Of a DNA stretch of 64,000 nucleotides, positions 32,560 to 41,083 are shown one piece after another. The stretch spans positions 1 through 64,000 of the forward strand of contig JAWLBL010000006.1 of assembly GCA_041687695.1 (NCBI GenBank). The letters run 5' to 3'. Position 1 is the first letter of the stretch, and each line of letters begins with the position of its first letter. The position numbers and the translations under genes were made by a program. The notes under the pieces are model-generated. The model searched no databases. It saw nothing but the letters and a program-made list of their open reading frames with translations, and was not told where the DNA came from. Origin of the DNA: Myxococcota bacterium (GTDB lineage Bacteria > Myxococcota_A > UBA9042 > PHBI01 > JAWLBL01).

Positions 32560-33243
32560 TCACTCCGCGGGGCACTCCGTCCCCCCGCCGCTCAGGTCGA
32601 AGCACAGCGGCCAGTTCGCCTGCACGTCGCACGGCTTGGGGCAGCCATCGAGCAGGCAGCAGTTGTCCTGCTGCGAGCACGTCCCGGGGAACCCATCGAG
32701 GAAGGCATCGGCCTCCGCGTAGTCCGCCATGAGGCCCGGCCACGGGCTCGCGGGCAGGGGCAGGTCGCACTGCCACAGGGTGGCGCTGCCCTCGACCTCG
32801 CGGGCGATCTCGAGGCGGCAGTGTCCATCGGCGTGGCGCCCGAGGACCCGGAGCCCGACCGAGCCGAAGTGCCAGTAGAAGCCGCCGGCGACCGGCTCGC
32901 AGCGCAGCATCGCGTCGAGGAAGGGCTCGGCGGCGTCGCTGCACAGGCAGGCTTGGGTCAGGCACGGGACGACGTCCCAGGCGTCGTAGCTGGTCTCGGC
33001 GGTCGGGGTGGGTGCCACGGGGCCGTGGGCCGGGTCGCACAGCGGCGCCGCGGGGTCGACGGTGTCGGGGTCGGGTTCGGTCAGGTCGTCCTCGGCGTCG
33101 GGTTGGGTGATCTCGGCGTCCGCCTGCTCCGCGTCTGCGTCCGGGAGGGTGACGGCACCCTCGTCGGCGTCACAGCCAGCGACGAGGGCGGCCAGGAGGA
33201 GGGTCGGGAACAGCGCGGCGGTCCATGGGGCGGTGCGGGTCAT
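32560..33243 (-). CDS. Cys-rich lipoprotein, unknown function
   Basis: Lipobox VAGC; acidic linker; preceded by a sigma54 site. Confidence 0.72.
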   Translation of the reverse strand: MTRTAPWTAALFPTLLLAALVAGCDADEGAVTLPDADAEQADAEITQPDAEDDLTEPDPDTVDPAAPLCDPAHGPVAPTPTAETSYDAWDVVPCLTQACLCSDAAEPFLDAMLRCEPVAGGFYWHFGSVGLRVLGRHADGHCRLEIAREVEGSATLWQCDLPLPASPWPGLMADYAEADAFLDGFPGTCSQQDNCCLLDGCPKPCDVQANWPLCFDLSGGGTECPAE

Positions 33244-33312
33244 CTCGAGTCCTGACGGAGAGGGGGAGGGGCGGTGACGGGGCGTCACCGGCGGAAGGTG
33301 GGGGCGAGGTGA

Positions 33313-33327
33313 GCAAGGGGCGTGCCA
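33313..33327 (-). promoter_or_regulatory. Sigma54 (-24/-12) promoter
   Basis: TGGCACG-CCCC-TTGC is an exact match to TGGCACG-N4-TTGC, 70 bp upstream of ATG 33243. Confidence 0.75.
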
Positions 33328-33512
33328 CCCGGCGTCGAGGCTGCGCTCCCGTGATGCGCGAGAGGCCGCAGGTGAGCAAAATTTCACCACGCTGGGCTGG
33401 ACCGGCCAATCGATCGCCAGTGGGCCGGTCGGACCCTGGCAGGCCCGGGTCCCTGGCGCGGACCGGTCGTCGCGCTCGCGCGCCGCCGCCAAATGGGGCA
33501 ACATCGGCCGCG

Positions 33513-34403
33513 ATGAACGCGATGCAACCGACGGACCTGATTGGGGGCACCCCGCTCGTCGACCTCTCGCCGCTCGTCGGGCGGCCGGGGGTGCGGCTGC
33601 TGGGCAAGCTCGAGGGCAACAACCCGGGCGGCAGCGTCAAGGACCGGCCCGCCTACTGGATGATCAAGGAGGCCGAGGCCCGCGGGGAGCTGCGCCCGGG
33701 CGTGCGGCTCATCGAGCCGACCAGCGGCAACACCGGCATCGCGCTGGCGATGATCGCGGCCATGAAGGGCTACGACGTCGAGCTGGTCATGCCCGGGAAC
33801 GCCACGCGCGAGCGGGTGCTGGCGATGGAGGCCTACGGCGCCAAGGTCACGCTGACCCCCGCCGAGCAGCGCATGGAGGGCGCCATCGACTACGCCCGCG
33901 GCAAGGTGGCCGAAGGCGGCTACCTGATGCTCGACCAGTTCAGCAACCCCGACAACTGGGCCGCCCACCTGCACACGACCGGCCCCGAGATCTGGCGCGC
34001 GACCGGCGGCGAGGTCACCCACTTCGTCTCGGCCATGGGGACGACCGGCACCATCATGGGCACCTCGCGCTATCTCAAGGGTCAGCGCGAGGCCGTGCAG
34101 GTCGTCGGCGCCCAGCCGGCCACCGACGACACCCACATCCCCGGCATCCGCCGCTGGCCGGCGGCCTATCTGCCCAAGATCTTCGACCCGCGCTGGGTCG
34201 ACCGCACCATCGACGTCACCACCGAGGACGCCACCGAGACCACGCGCCGCCTCGCCCGCGAGCGCGGCCTGTCGGTCGGCATGAGCTCGGGCGGGGCCGT
34301 CTGGTGCGCGCTCGAGGTCTGCCGCGAGCTCGACGCCGGCTGCGTCGTCACCATCCTGTGCGACCGCGGCGACCGTTACCTGTCCTCCGGACTCTTCGGC
34401 TGA
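33513..34403 (+). CDS. cysM: Cysteine synthase B
   Basis: KLEGNNPGGSVKDRPA, SAMGTTGT, IPGIRRWP, CDRGDRYLS. Confidence 0.95.
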   Translation: MNAMQPTDLIGGTPLVDLSPLVGRPGVRLLGKLEGNNPGGSVKDRPAYWMIKEAEARGELRPGVRLIEPTSGNTGIALAMIAAMKGYDVELVMPGNATRERVLAMEAYGAKVTLTPAEQRMEGAIDYARGKVAEGGYLMLDQFSNPDNWAAHLHTTGPEIWRATGGEVTHFVSAMGTTGTIMGTSRYLKGQREAVQVVGAQPATDDTHIPGIRRWPAAYLPKIFDPRWVDRTIDVTTEDATETTRRLARERGLSVGMSSGGAVWCALEVCRELDAGCVVTILCDRGDRYLSSGLFG

Positions 34404-34413
34404 GGCGGCGTCC

Positions 34414-34827
34414 ATGCGGGTCACCCTCTCGCGCGTCCACGGCGCGCAGTACGTCGGCACCAACGAGGAAGGTCGCCGGATCACCATCGCCGGCTCGCCC
34501 GACATCGGGCCCAGCGACGACGGCGTGCGGCCCATGCAGGCCGTCCTGATGGCGCTCGCGGCCTGCACCTCGGTCGACGTGCAGCTCATCCTCCAGAAGG
34601 GACGCCACCGGGTCGACAGCCTGGACGTGACCATCGACGCCGAGCGCGCCGACGCCGTCCCGGCCGTCTTCACGAAGATCCACATGCACTTCGAGGCCTC
34701 GGGCGACTTCTCGCAGCACAAGCTCGAGCGCGCGGTCACCCTGTCGCACGACAAGTACTGCTCGGTCGCGGCCATGCTCGAGCCGGGCGTGACGATCACG
34801 ACCAGCTGCGCCTTGCGCGAGGGCTGA
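34414..34827 (+). CDS. OsmC family (YhfA-like) protein
   Basis: RPMQAVLMALAACTSVDV, KYCSV. Confidence 0.9.
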   Translation: MRVTLSRVHGAQYVGTNEEGRRITIAGSPDIGPSDDGVRPMQAVLMALAACTSVDVQLILQKGRHRVDSLDVTIDAERADAVPAVFTKIHMHFEASGDFSQHKLERAVTLSHDKYCSVAAMLEPGVTITTSCALREG

Positions 34828-34915
34828 CCCGACCGACGGTGGCCCCGCGCGCGGTGGTCCGCCCCGGGTCCGGGCCTAGCTTCCTGCTATGTGCCCGTGA
34901 TCGCTGGGAGCCGCC

Positions 34916-36028
34916 GTGCGCCACCTGCCCCTCGCCGTCGCCCTGACCCTGTCTGCGCTGGCCTGCGCCGAGCCGCAGACCGGGGCCGAGGCCGCGGCGC
35001 CGCGCGGGGCCACGGCCGAGCCGACCGATGATGACGGCGTAGCCACGCTCTCGGCCGACGCCTCGGAGACGGCAGGCGCGGCGCCCGACGAGGCCGTCTC
35101 CGAGCCCACGCCGCTCGCCGCGCGGCGGCTGGACCCGGCCTGTGTCGACGGCCGCGTGACCCTGGACATCCCGGGGCGGCAGCCGTCCATCGCCGCCGAG
35201 GTCGCCGCCTACGAGCCGGCCCGGGCGCGCGCGCTGATGCGGCAGGTCCTGACCGCGCGCTGGCCCTACGGCGAGCGCCTGGTCGACGAGGGCGTCGCGT
35301 TGGCGGGCCCCGACGAGCCGGACTGCGTGACCCGGGGCCTCAACGGCGACCCGCCGGCCCTGGCGCGGGACTTCCTGCTACGCCTGCAGAGCGTCGTCCA
35401 CGAGTGCGGCCACGCCGTGGACCTGGCCGCGGGCGACCCGCTGGCGCCCGCCTACCGGCTGGGGCCGGACACGGTCGTGCGCTGCGAGGGTGGGCGCTAC
35501 GTCGGGCCCTTGGCGACCCCGGCGCGCAGCCGCATCCGTGGCGACGCCTTCGGGGCCGAGCGGCCGCCCTGTCCGGACAAGGGCGAGCGGGGGTGTGACC
35601 CGTACGCGGCGCTGTATCTGGAAGGAGACCCCGGAGACGACCAATTCGATACGGGTGACCAGGGGCTGGCTATGGTGCTCGAGGAGCTGCTGCAGTACCA
35701 GCACTCGCTGATGGCGGCGCGCACGATCTCGGACCACCTCATCGCCCGGACGAGCGCGCGCGACGGGCTGCTGACGAGCCTGTGGTACCTCGAGCGCTAC
35801 CTGCACATGATGCGCCTCGGTCACCCCGAGGCCTACGCGGCGGTGATGGAGTCACCCTGCTGGCGGGGGCTCATCCTGACGCTGTGGGGGCGGTCCTGGC
35901 GGCTGCTCGAGGCGACGGCGGACGAGCGCCACCTGGGCCTCGAGGACGAGGCGCTGCTGGCGCTGGTCGAGGAGCCGGCCCTGCTGCAGGAGATCGAGCG
36001 CGTGCGGCGGGCCCACGGCTGCGACTAG
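34916..36028 (+). CDS. Lipoprotein with HExxH motif (possible zinc metallopeptidase)
   Basis: Lipobox ALAC; VVHECGHAVD; distal VLEELLQY. Confidence 0.65.
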   Translation: MRHLPLAVALTLSALACAEPQTGAEAAAPRGATAEPTDDDGVATLSADASETAGAAPDEAVSEPTPLAARRLDPACVDGRVTLDIPGRQPSIAAEVAAYEPARARALMRQVLTARWPYGERLVDEGVALAGPDEPDCVTRGLNGDPPALARDFLLRLQSVVHECGHAVDLAAGDPLAPAYRLGPDTVVRCEGGRYVGPLATPARSRIRGDAFGAERPPCPDKGERGCDPYAALYLEGDPGDDQFDTGDQGLAMVLEELLQYQHSLMAARTISDHLIARTSARDGLLTSLWYLERYLHMMRLGHPEAYAAVMESPCWRGLILTLWGRSWRLLEATADERHLGLEDEALLALVEEPALLQEIERVRRAHGCD

Positions 36029-36034
36029 CCGTGG

Positions 36035-36844
36035 TCAGGCCCAGGGTTCGCAGCGGAGCTCGACGTCGGGCGTCACCTGCCACAGCGTGCGGTCGGGCAT
36101 CTCGCGCCAGGGCTCGCCGGTCAGCGGCTCGGACGCGATGACGACGGCGCGGTAGCCGACGTCGGGCTCGAGCCGGGCGTGGGTCTGGGCGCAGATGTCG
36201 CACACGTGCAGGGCGTCGCGCTCGAGCTGGTAGAGCGTGCGCCCCCAGCGGGTCCCGACCAGGTGATTGCCGTCGGTGAGGACGACGTTGAGGCCGTTGG
36301 GCGTGTCGGGGTCGCCGCCGCAGCACCAAGCGAGCAGGTCCTCGAAGGTCGCTCGCAGCGCGGCCATGGGGTCGCCGGAGCCGCGCTCGAGGTAGGACAT
36401 CATCATGTGGAAGAGGTGCTCGCTGTCGGTCGTGCCGCGGATGGCCTCGCGGTGATGGGGCAACATCACCTCGCGCATGCGGTCGCGGACGCGGGCGAAC
36501 TCGTGGACGGTGCCGTTGTGGATGAACGACCAACGCCCCCACACGAACGGGTGGGTGTTGTCGAGCGACGGCGCGCCGACCGTCGCGCGGCGGACGTGGG
36601 CCAGGAACAGGCGCGCGTACTGCCCGGTGACCGACCGGCGGAAGTGCTCGCCGTGATAGGCGGCCCAGGCCTGGCGCTCGACGTGAATGTGGGCCCCGTC
36701 GTAGGTGGCGACCCCCCAGCCGTTGACGTGCTCGCGCCCCGAGAGGTCGCGCCGGCTCTGGGCCATCAGCGCGTTCTGCGCGTGGACGAGGTCGCACTCG
36801 ACGCGGCTCTGTGCGTTGGAGCGGAAGGCGTACAGGCGACACAT
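36035..36844 (-). CDS. Class II glutamine amidotransferase/Ntn hydrolase (YafJ/EgtC-like)
   Basis: MCRL, GWG, AHVRRAT, NTHPF, HNG, GTTDSEH, IASEP. Confidence 0.92.
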   Translation of the reverse strand: MCRLYAFRSNAQSRVECDLVHAQNALMAQSRRDLSGREHVNGWGVATYDGAHIHVERQAWAAYHGEHFRRSVTGQYARLFLAHVRRATVGAPSLDNTHPFVWGRWSFIHNGTVHEFARVRDRMREVMLPHHREAIRGTTDSEHLFHMMMSYLERGSGDPMAALRATFEDLLAWCCGGDPDTPNGLNVVLTDGNHLVGTRWGRTLYQLERDALHVCDICAQTHARLEPDVGYRAVVIASEPLTGEPWREMPDRTLWQVTPDVELRCEPWA

Positions 36845-37002
36845 GGGTGTTGGAGGGCTCCCTTCGACTGGGCCTCGGGGCGCGTGAGACGCGTTGAACC
36901 TGGCGCCTGCGGCGCGTAGCTATACATGTAACCACTTGAAACTGTTGGTTAACTACTCATGGGAGGCCCGATGGGCGCGGGACGCGGCGCGAGGAGGCGC
37001 GC

Positions 37003-38511
37003 TTGAGGCGGCTGGCACCGAGGCGGCGCACGCGCTCGCTGGACGTCCTGCCCTCGCTGCCCGTGCGCGCGCAGATCGAGGTCGAGCTCGCTCCGGCCGA
37101 GCGGCGTGAGCTGGCGCGGCTGGCGGAGCGGCTGCTCGCCGAGGACCCGGCCCTGGGGGCGCTGACCGCCTTCGGGCCGCGGGTGCGCGCCGGGGCGGGC
37201 GCGGTCCCGTCGGTCTTCCTCGAGGACCACGTCGAGATCACGCTCTTTCACGTCAGCGGCGACGCGAGCCTGGAGTATCGGGCCCTGCTGCTGGCGGGGG
37301 ATGGGGACGTGGTGCTGGTCGGCGGCGAGCGGCGCCCGGAGTTCGAGGCCTACTGCCGCGACGTGCTGGGCCTCGGCGCGCCCGAGGTCCTGACCGTCCA
37401 TCGCGAGCCGAGCGCGCCGAAGCTGCCGCTGGCGCTGCGGGTGTTGCGCGAGTGCCAGGTCCTGACGCGGCTCATCGGGTTGGCGCGGCGCCACGGCGGC
37501 CTGAACCTGGTGCCCTACTACGGCACGTCGAGCGCGTGGGCCCTGGCGAGCGTGCTGGCCGACAGCGCGCGGGTGCCGGTGCGCGTGCTGGCGGCGCCGC
37601 CCAAGCTGACGGCCCACGCGAACGACAAGCTGTGGTTCGCGCGGCGGGTCGCCGAGGTCCTGGGGCGCGACGCCCGGCCTTCGACGACCAGCGCCGGGGG
37701 GCCCGAGGCGCTGGCGGAGATCCTGGCCGGGGCCGCTGATCGGTCGGGGCGGCTGGTCGTGAAGCTCCCCGACAGCGCCTCCTCGGTGGGGAACGTGGTG
37801 GTCGAGGCCGCGGCCGTGCGCGCCGAGGGCGCGGAGGCGGTGGCGGCGCGGGTCACGGCGCATCTGCGGGGGATCGGCTGGGAGGACGACTGGCCGCTGC
37901 TGGTGTCGGTCTGGGACGAGCCGGTGCTGGAGAGCCCGTCGGTGCAGCTGTGGATCCCGCCGCTGGCGGACCGCGCCGACGGGGCGGCGGCGGAGGGTCC
38001 CGACCCGATCGTGGAGGGCGTGTTCACGCAGTGGCTGGCCGAAGGGACCGGCCAGTTCCTGGGCGGCGCGCCGTCGCGGCTGCCGGCGCGCGTGCGGGTG
38101 CGGCTGGCGCAGGAGGCCCTCTACCTGGGCGCGCTGCTGCAGGCGCTGGGCTACGTGGGGCGGTGCAGCTTCGACGCCGTGATGGTCGGCACGCGCCCCG
38201 AGACCGCGACGCCGCACTGGATCGAGTGCAACGGCCGCTGGGGGGGCATGTCCATCCCGCTGACCGTGGCGAACCGCCTGTGCGGGGACTGGTCGCGGCA
38301 CCCGTTCACGACCCTGACCCACCACGTCCCGCGCGCGGCGCGGCTGGACGAGCTGCTGGCGGGCTGGGACGACCTGCTGCTGCGCCCGGGGCGTCGGGAC
38401 GAGGGGATCGTGGTGCTCAGCCCGGGGCCGTTCGAGGCCGGCCAACGCTGTCACCTGCTGTCCACCGCGGCGCCGGCCGCGCTGGCCTCAGCGCTGGACC
38501 TGCGGGTCTGA
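37003..38511 (+). CDS. Pre-ATP-grasp plus ATP-grasp protein (PGM1-like peptide ligase family)
   Basis: LEYRALLLAGDGD, ANDKLWF, VVKLPDSASSVGN, SPSVQ, GRCSFD, WIECNGRWGG; RBS GAGGAGG before TTG. Confidence 0.8.
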   Translation: MRRLAPRRRTRSLDVLPSLPVRAQIEVELAPAERRELARLAERLLAEDPALGALTAFGPRVRAGAGAVPSVFLEDHVEITLFHVSGDASLEYRALLLAGDGDVVLVGGERRPEFEAYCRDVLGLGAPEVLTVHREPSAPKLPLALRVLRECQVLTRLIGLARRHGGLNLVPYYGTSSAWALASVLADSARVPVRVLAAPPKLTAHANDKLWFARRVAEVLGRDARPSTTSAGGPEALAEILAGAADRSGRLVVKLPDSASSVGNVVVEAAAVRAEGAEAVAARVTAHLRGIGWEDDWPLLVSVWDEPVLESPSVQLWIPPLADRADGAAAEGPDPIVEGVFTQWLAEGTGQFLGGAPSRLPARVRVRLAQEALYLGALLQALGYVGRCSFDAVMVGTRPETATPHWIECNGRWGGMSIPLTVANRLCGDWSRHPFTTLTHHVPRAARLDELLAGWDDLLLRPGRRDEGIVVLSPGPFEAGQRCHLLSTAAPAALASALDLRV

Positions 38512-40242
38512 CCCGGCGCGTCCGCCGGCGCCGGCGTCGTAGGCCGCGGCCGTGCGCGGGAGGGTGAAGCGGAAGCAGCTGCCGCGGCCCTCGACGCTCG
38601 CCACGGAGATCGCGCCGCCGTGCGCCTCGACGATGCCCTTGGCGATGGCGAGCCCCAGGCCGGCGCCGCCGCGTTGGGTCTTCCGGGCCTGCCAGAAGCG
38701 GTCGAACAGGTGCGGCAGGTCCGCCTCGGGGATCCCCGGGCCGGTGTCGCGCACGGAGAACGTCACCAAGACCTCGTCGGCCTCGATCTCCAGCGCGATG
38801 ACACCCTCGGGCGGCGTGAACTTGCGCGCGTTGCCGACCAGGTTGTCCAGGACCTGCATCACGCGCTCGCGGTCGGCGTAGATCGTGGTCTCGACGCGGT
38901 CCGGGTCGCACTCGAGGCGGGCCACGCCCTCGGCGCCCTGGGCGGCGTACCGCTCGCACAGCTCCGTGAGCAGGGGCCCGATCGGGTGCAGGGCCGGCTC
39001 GAGGAACAGGTGCTTGGTCTCGAGCCTGCTGACCTCGAGCAGGTCGGCGATGAGGCGGTTCATCCGGTCGGCCTCTCGGCGGATCAGCGCGATGGGCTTG
39101 CGGGCGTGCTCGTCGGACAGGCGTCGGCTCAGGGCCCGGGCGCTCATGAAGATGGCGCTCAGCGGGTTGCGCAGGTCGTGCGACACGATGCCCAGGACCT
39201 CGTCACGCAGCGCGAGGGCCCGGTCGGCGCGCTCGCGGGCGGCGCGCTCGTCGAAGAAGAGCCGCGCGCGGTCGACGGCCAGGGCGATGGGCTCGGTCAT
39301 CGCCCTGAGCAGATCGAGGTCGCCCTCGGACGAGCCCTCCGCCGAGCAGGCCCCGACCATGAGGACGCCCATGGCGTCGCCGCCGCGCCCGGGCGGCGGC
39401 AGCAGCGGGGCGACCATCAGCGAGCGCAGGGGGCTGAGCCGAGGCGCGTCGGGCACGATCCGAGCGACGTCGGCGTCGTCGATGAGCTGCGGCTCGCCCT
39501 GCTCGAGGAGGCGCCCCACCACCGGATGGCCTACCGGGATCTCCATCGGCGCGGCGCCGGGGCTCGCGATCACCCCCGCGGCTGCGCCCTCGACCAGGGC
39601 CTGGCCGTCGTCCGACCGCATGAACAGGACGGCCCCGTCGGCCGAGAAGGCGGCCATCGTCTGGCCCACGACGTCCTGGAGCAGGGCCTCGGTGTCCAGG
39701 TGGCGCAGCCCCGCCGCGAGGACCTCCTGGAGCGCCTCGAGCCGGCGCGTGGCGGCCTCGGCCCGGGCGCGCGCCTCCTCCGCGGCGGCGACGGCCCGTG
39801 CGAGGCGGGTCCGCTCCTTGCCGAGCGCGCGCTGGGCGTTGACCAGCTCGGAGTTCAAGGCGGTCAGCTCGGCGTTGAGCGGCTCGGCTTGGTCGTCGCG
39901 CGGGTGCTCGACCAGCCACAGACGCGGCAGCTCGGCGCCGTCCGGTCGCGGGGCGACGGGGTGGAAGGTGAGCAGGTCGACGTGGCCACCCGTGTCGAAC
40001 ACCAGCTCCCAGGGGGCCCCGTCTTCGGCGTCACCGCGCTCGAGGAAGCGCTGGTAACGAACGCGCGAGGGCGCGTCGAGCGCTTCGGCGAGGGGGCGCC
40101 CCGTGAGGCTGGTGCCCAGGCGGGCTTCGAGGTGGCCGTTGCTGGCCAGGACGGTGCCGTCGGCCGACAGCGCCAGGACGGCCCCCGGGAAGCCGCTCAT
40201 CCACCGCGCGGGCGCCGGAGGTGGGGCGCCGTGGTCAGCCAC
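38488..40242 (-). CDS. PAS-like/GAF sensor histidine kinase
   Basis: H-box VSHDLRNPL, NLVGNARKFT, DTGPGI, F-box, GLGLAI. Confidence 0.93.
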   Translation of the reverse strand: MADHGAPPPAPARWMSGFPGAVLALSADGTVLASNGHLEARLGTSLTGRPLAEALDAPSRVRYQRFLERGDAEDGAPWELVFDTGGHVDLLTFHPVAPRPDGAELPRLWLVEHPRDDQAEPLNAELTALNSELVNAQRALGKERTRLARAVAAAEEARARAEAATRRLEALQEVLAAGLRHLDTEALLQDVVGQTMAAFSADGAVLFMRSDDGQALVEGAAAGVIASPGAAPMEIPVGHPVVGRLLEQGEPQLIDDADVARIVPDAPRLSPLRSLMVAPLLPPPGRGGDAMGVLMVGACSAEGSSEGDLDLLRAMTEPIALAVDRARLFFDERAARERADRALALRDEVLGIVSHDLRNPLSAIFMSARALSRRLSDEHARKPIALIRREADRMNRLIADLLEVSRLETKHLFLEPALHPIGPLLTELCERYAAQGAEGVARLECDPDRVETTIYADRERVMQVLDNLVGNARKFTPPEGVIALEIEADEVLVTFSVRDTGPGIPEADLPHLFDRFWQARKTQRGGAGLGLAIAKGIVEAHGGAISVASVEGRGSCFRFTLPRTAAAYDAGAGGRAGSDPQVQR

Positions 40243-40921
40243 GGTCCTCTCCGGGGTCGCAGGAGGTCGCGCGATCGAAGCGCTCGGCGAGTAGACGCGC
40301 CGCCTCCTCGGCGTCGCGCGCCGTGGCGTCGGCGCCCACGGCCGCGGCGAGCGCCGGGTCGTCGAGGAAGGGCCGCCCGCCGACCAGGATGAGCGGCATG
40401 CGCGGCAGGTGGGCCTCGCGGAGGGCGGCGACCGTGGCGGCGAGGGCCGGCACGTGCGGCGAGATGCTGGCCGACAGGGCGACGGCCTCGGGCCTGCGCT
40501 CGCGGACGAGGGCGACGAAGGACTCGAGGGGCACCGAGGCGCCGACGAAGTCGGTGTCCCAGCCCTCGCACTCCAGGAGATCGCAGACCATGCGCAGGCC
40601 GATCTCGTGGCGCTCTCCCTCGGGGCAGGCGGCGACGAGGCGAGGCCCGGACGGGGCGGGGCAGGCGTCGAAGAAGCGGGCGTACAGGCGGGCCATCGCC
40701 GTCTGGGTGATGGCGGTCGCGAGGTGCTCCTGCGCGACCGTCAGCTCGTCGCGTTCCCACAGCTGGCCGATGTCGCGCAGCGTCGGCTGGAAGACCTGCA
40801 GGTATAGGGTCTGCAGGGTGCAGCCGCGCTGGACGAGCGCATCGACCACCTGGAAGGCGCGGCGGCGGTCGCCGGCCCGGACGGCCGCCAGATACTCGTG
40901 GTGGAGCTCGCGCTCGCTCAT
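40235..40921 (-). CDS. Stand-alone cobalamin-binding domain protein (CarH/AerR-like, no HTH)
   Basis: W-x9-EH (WERDELTVAQEH), ExHxxG (ERHEIG), ALSAS, LVGG. Confidence 0.88.
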   Translation of the reverse strand: MSERELHHEYLAAVRAGDRRRAFQVVDALVQRGCTLQTLYLQVFQPTLRDIGQLWERDELTVAQEHLATAITQTAMARLYARFFDACPAPSGPRLVAACPEGERHEIGLRMVCDLLECEGWDTDFVGASVPLESFVALVRERRPEAVALSASISPHVPALAATVAALREAHLPRMPLILVGGRPFLDDPALAAAVGADATARDAEEAARLLAERFDRATSCDPGEDRG

Positions 40922-41083
40922 GACGCGGGCGCCTCCGGCGCGACGGTGAGAGGGCTGACGCAGACGGACACGGCGATCCTCGGGCTGGGCCGGCGCTGTG
41001 GGGGGACGGGCCCATCGTAGCGCGCGGGACCGGCGGCCCCTACGGTCCGGACCCGCTGCGATCGGGGCCCGGCGCCAGCGGGG

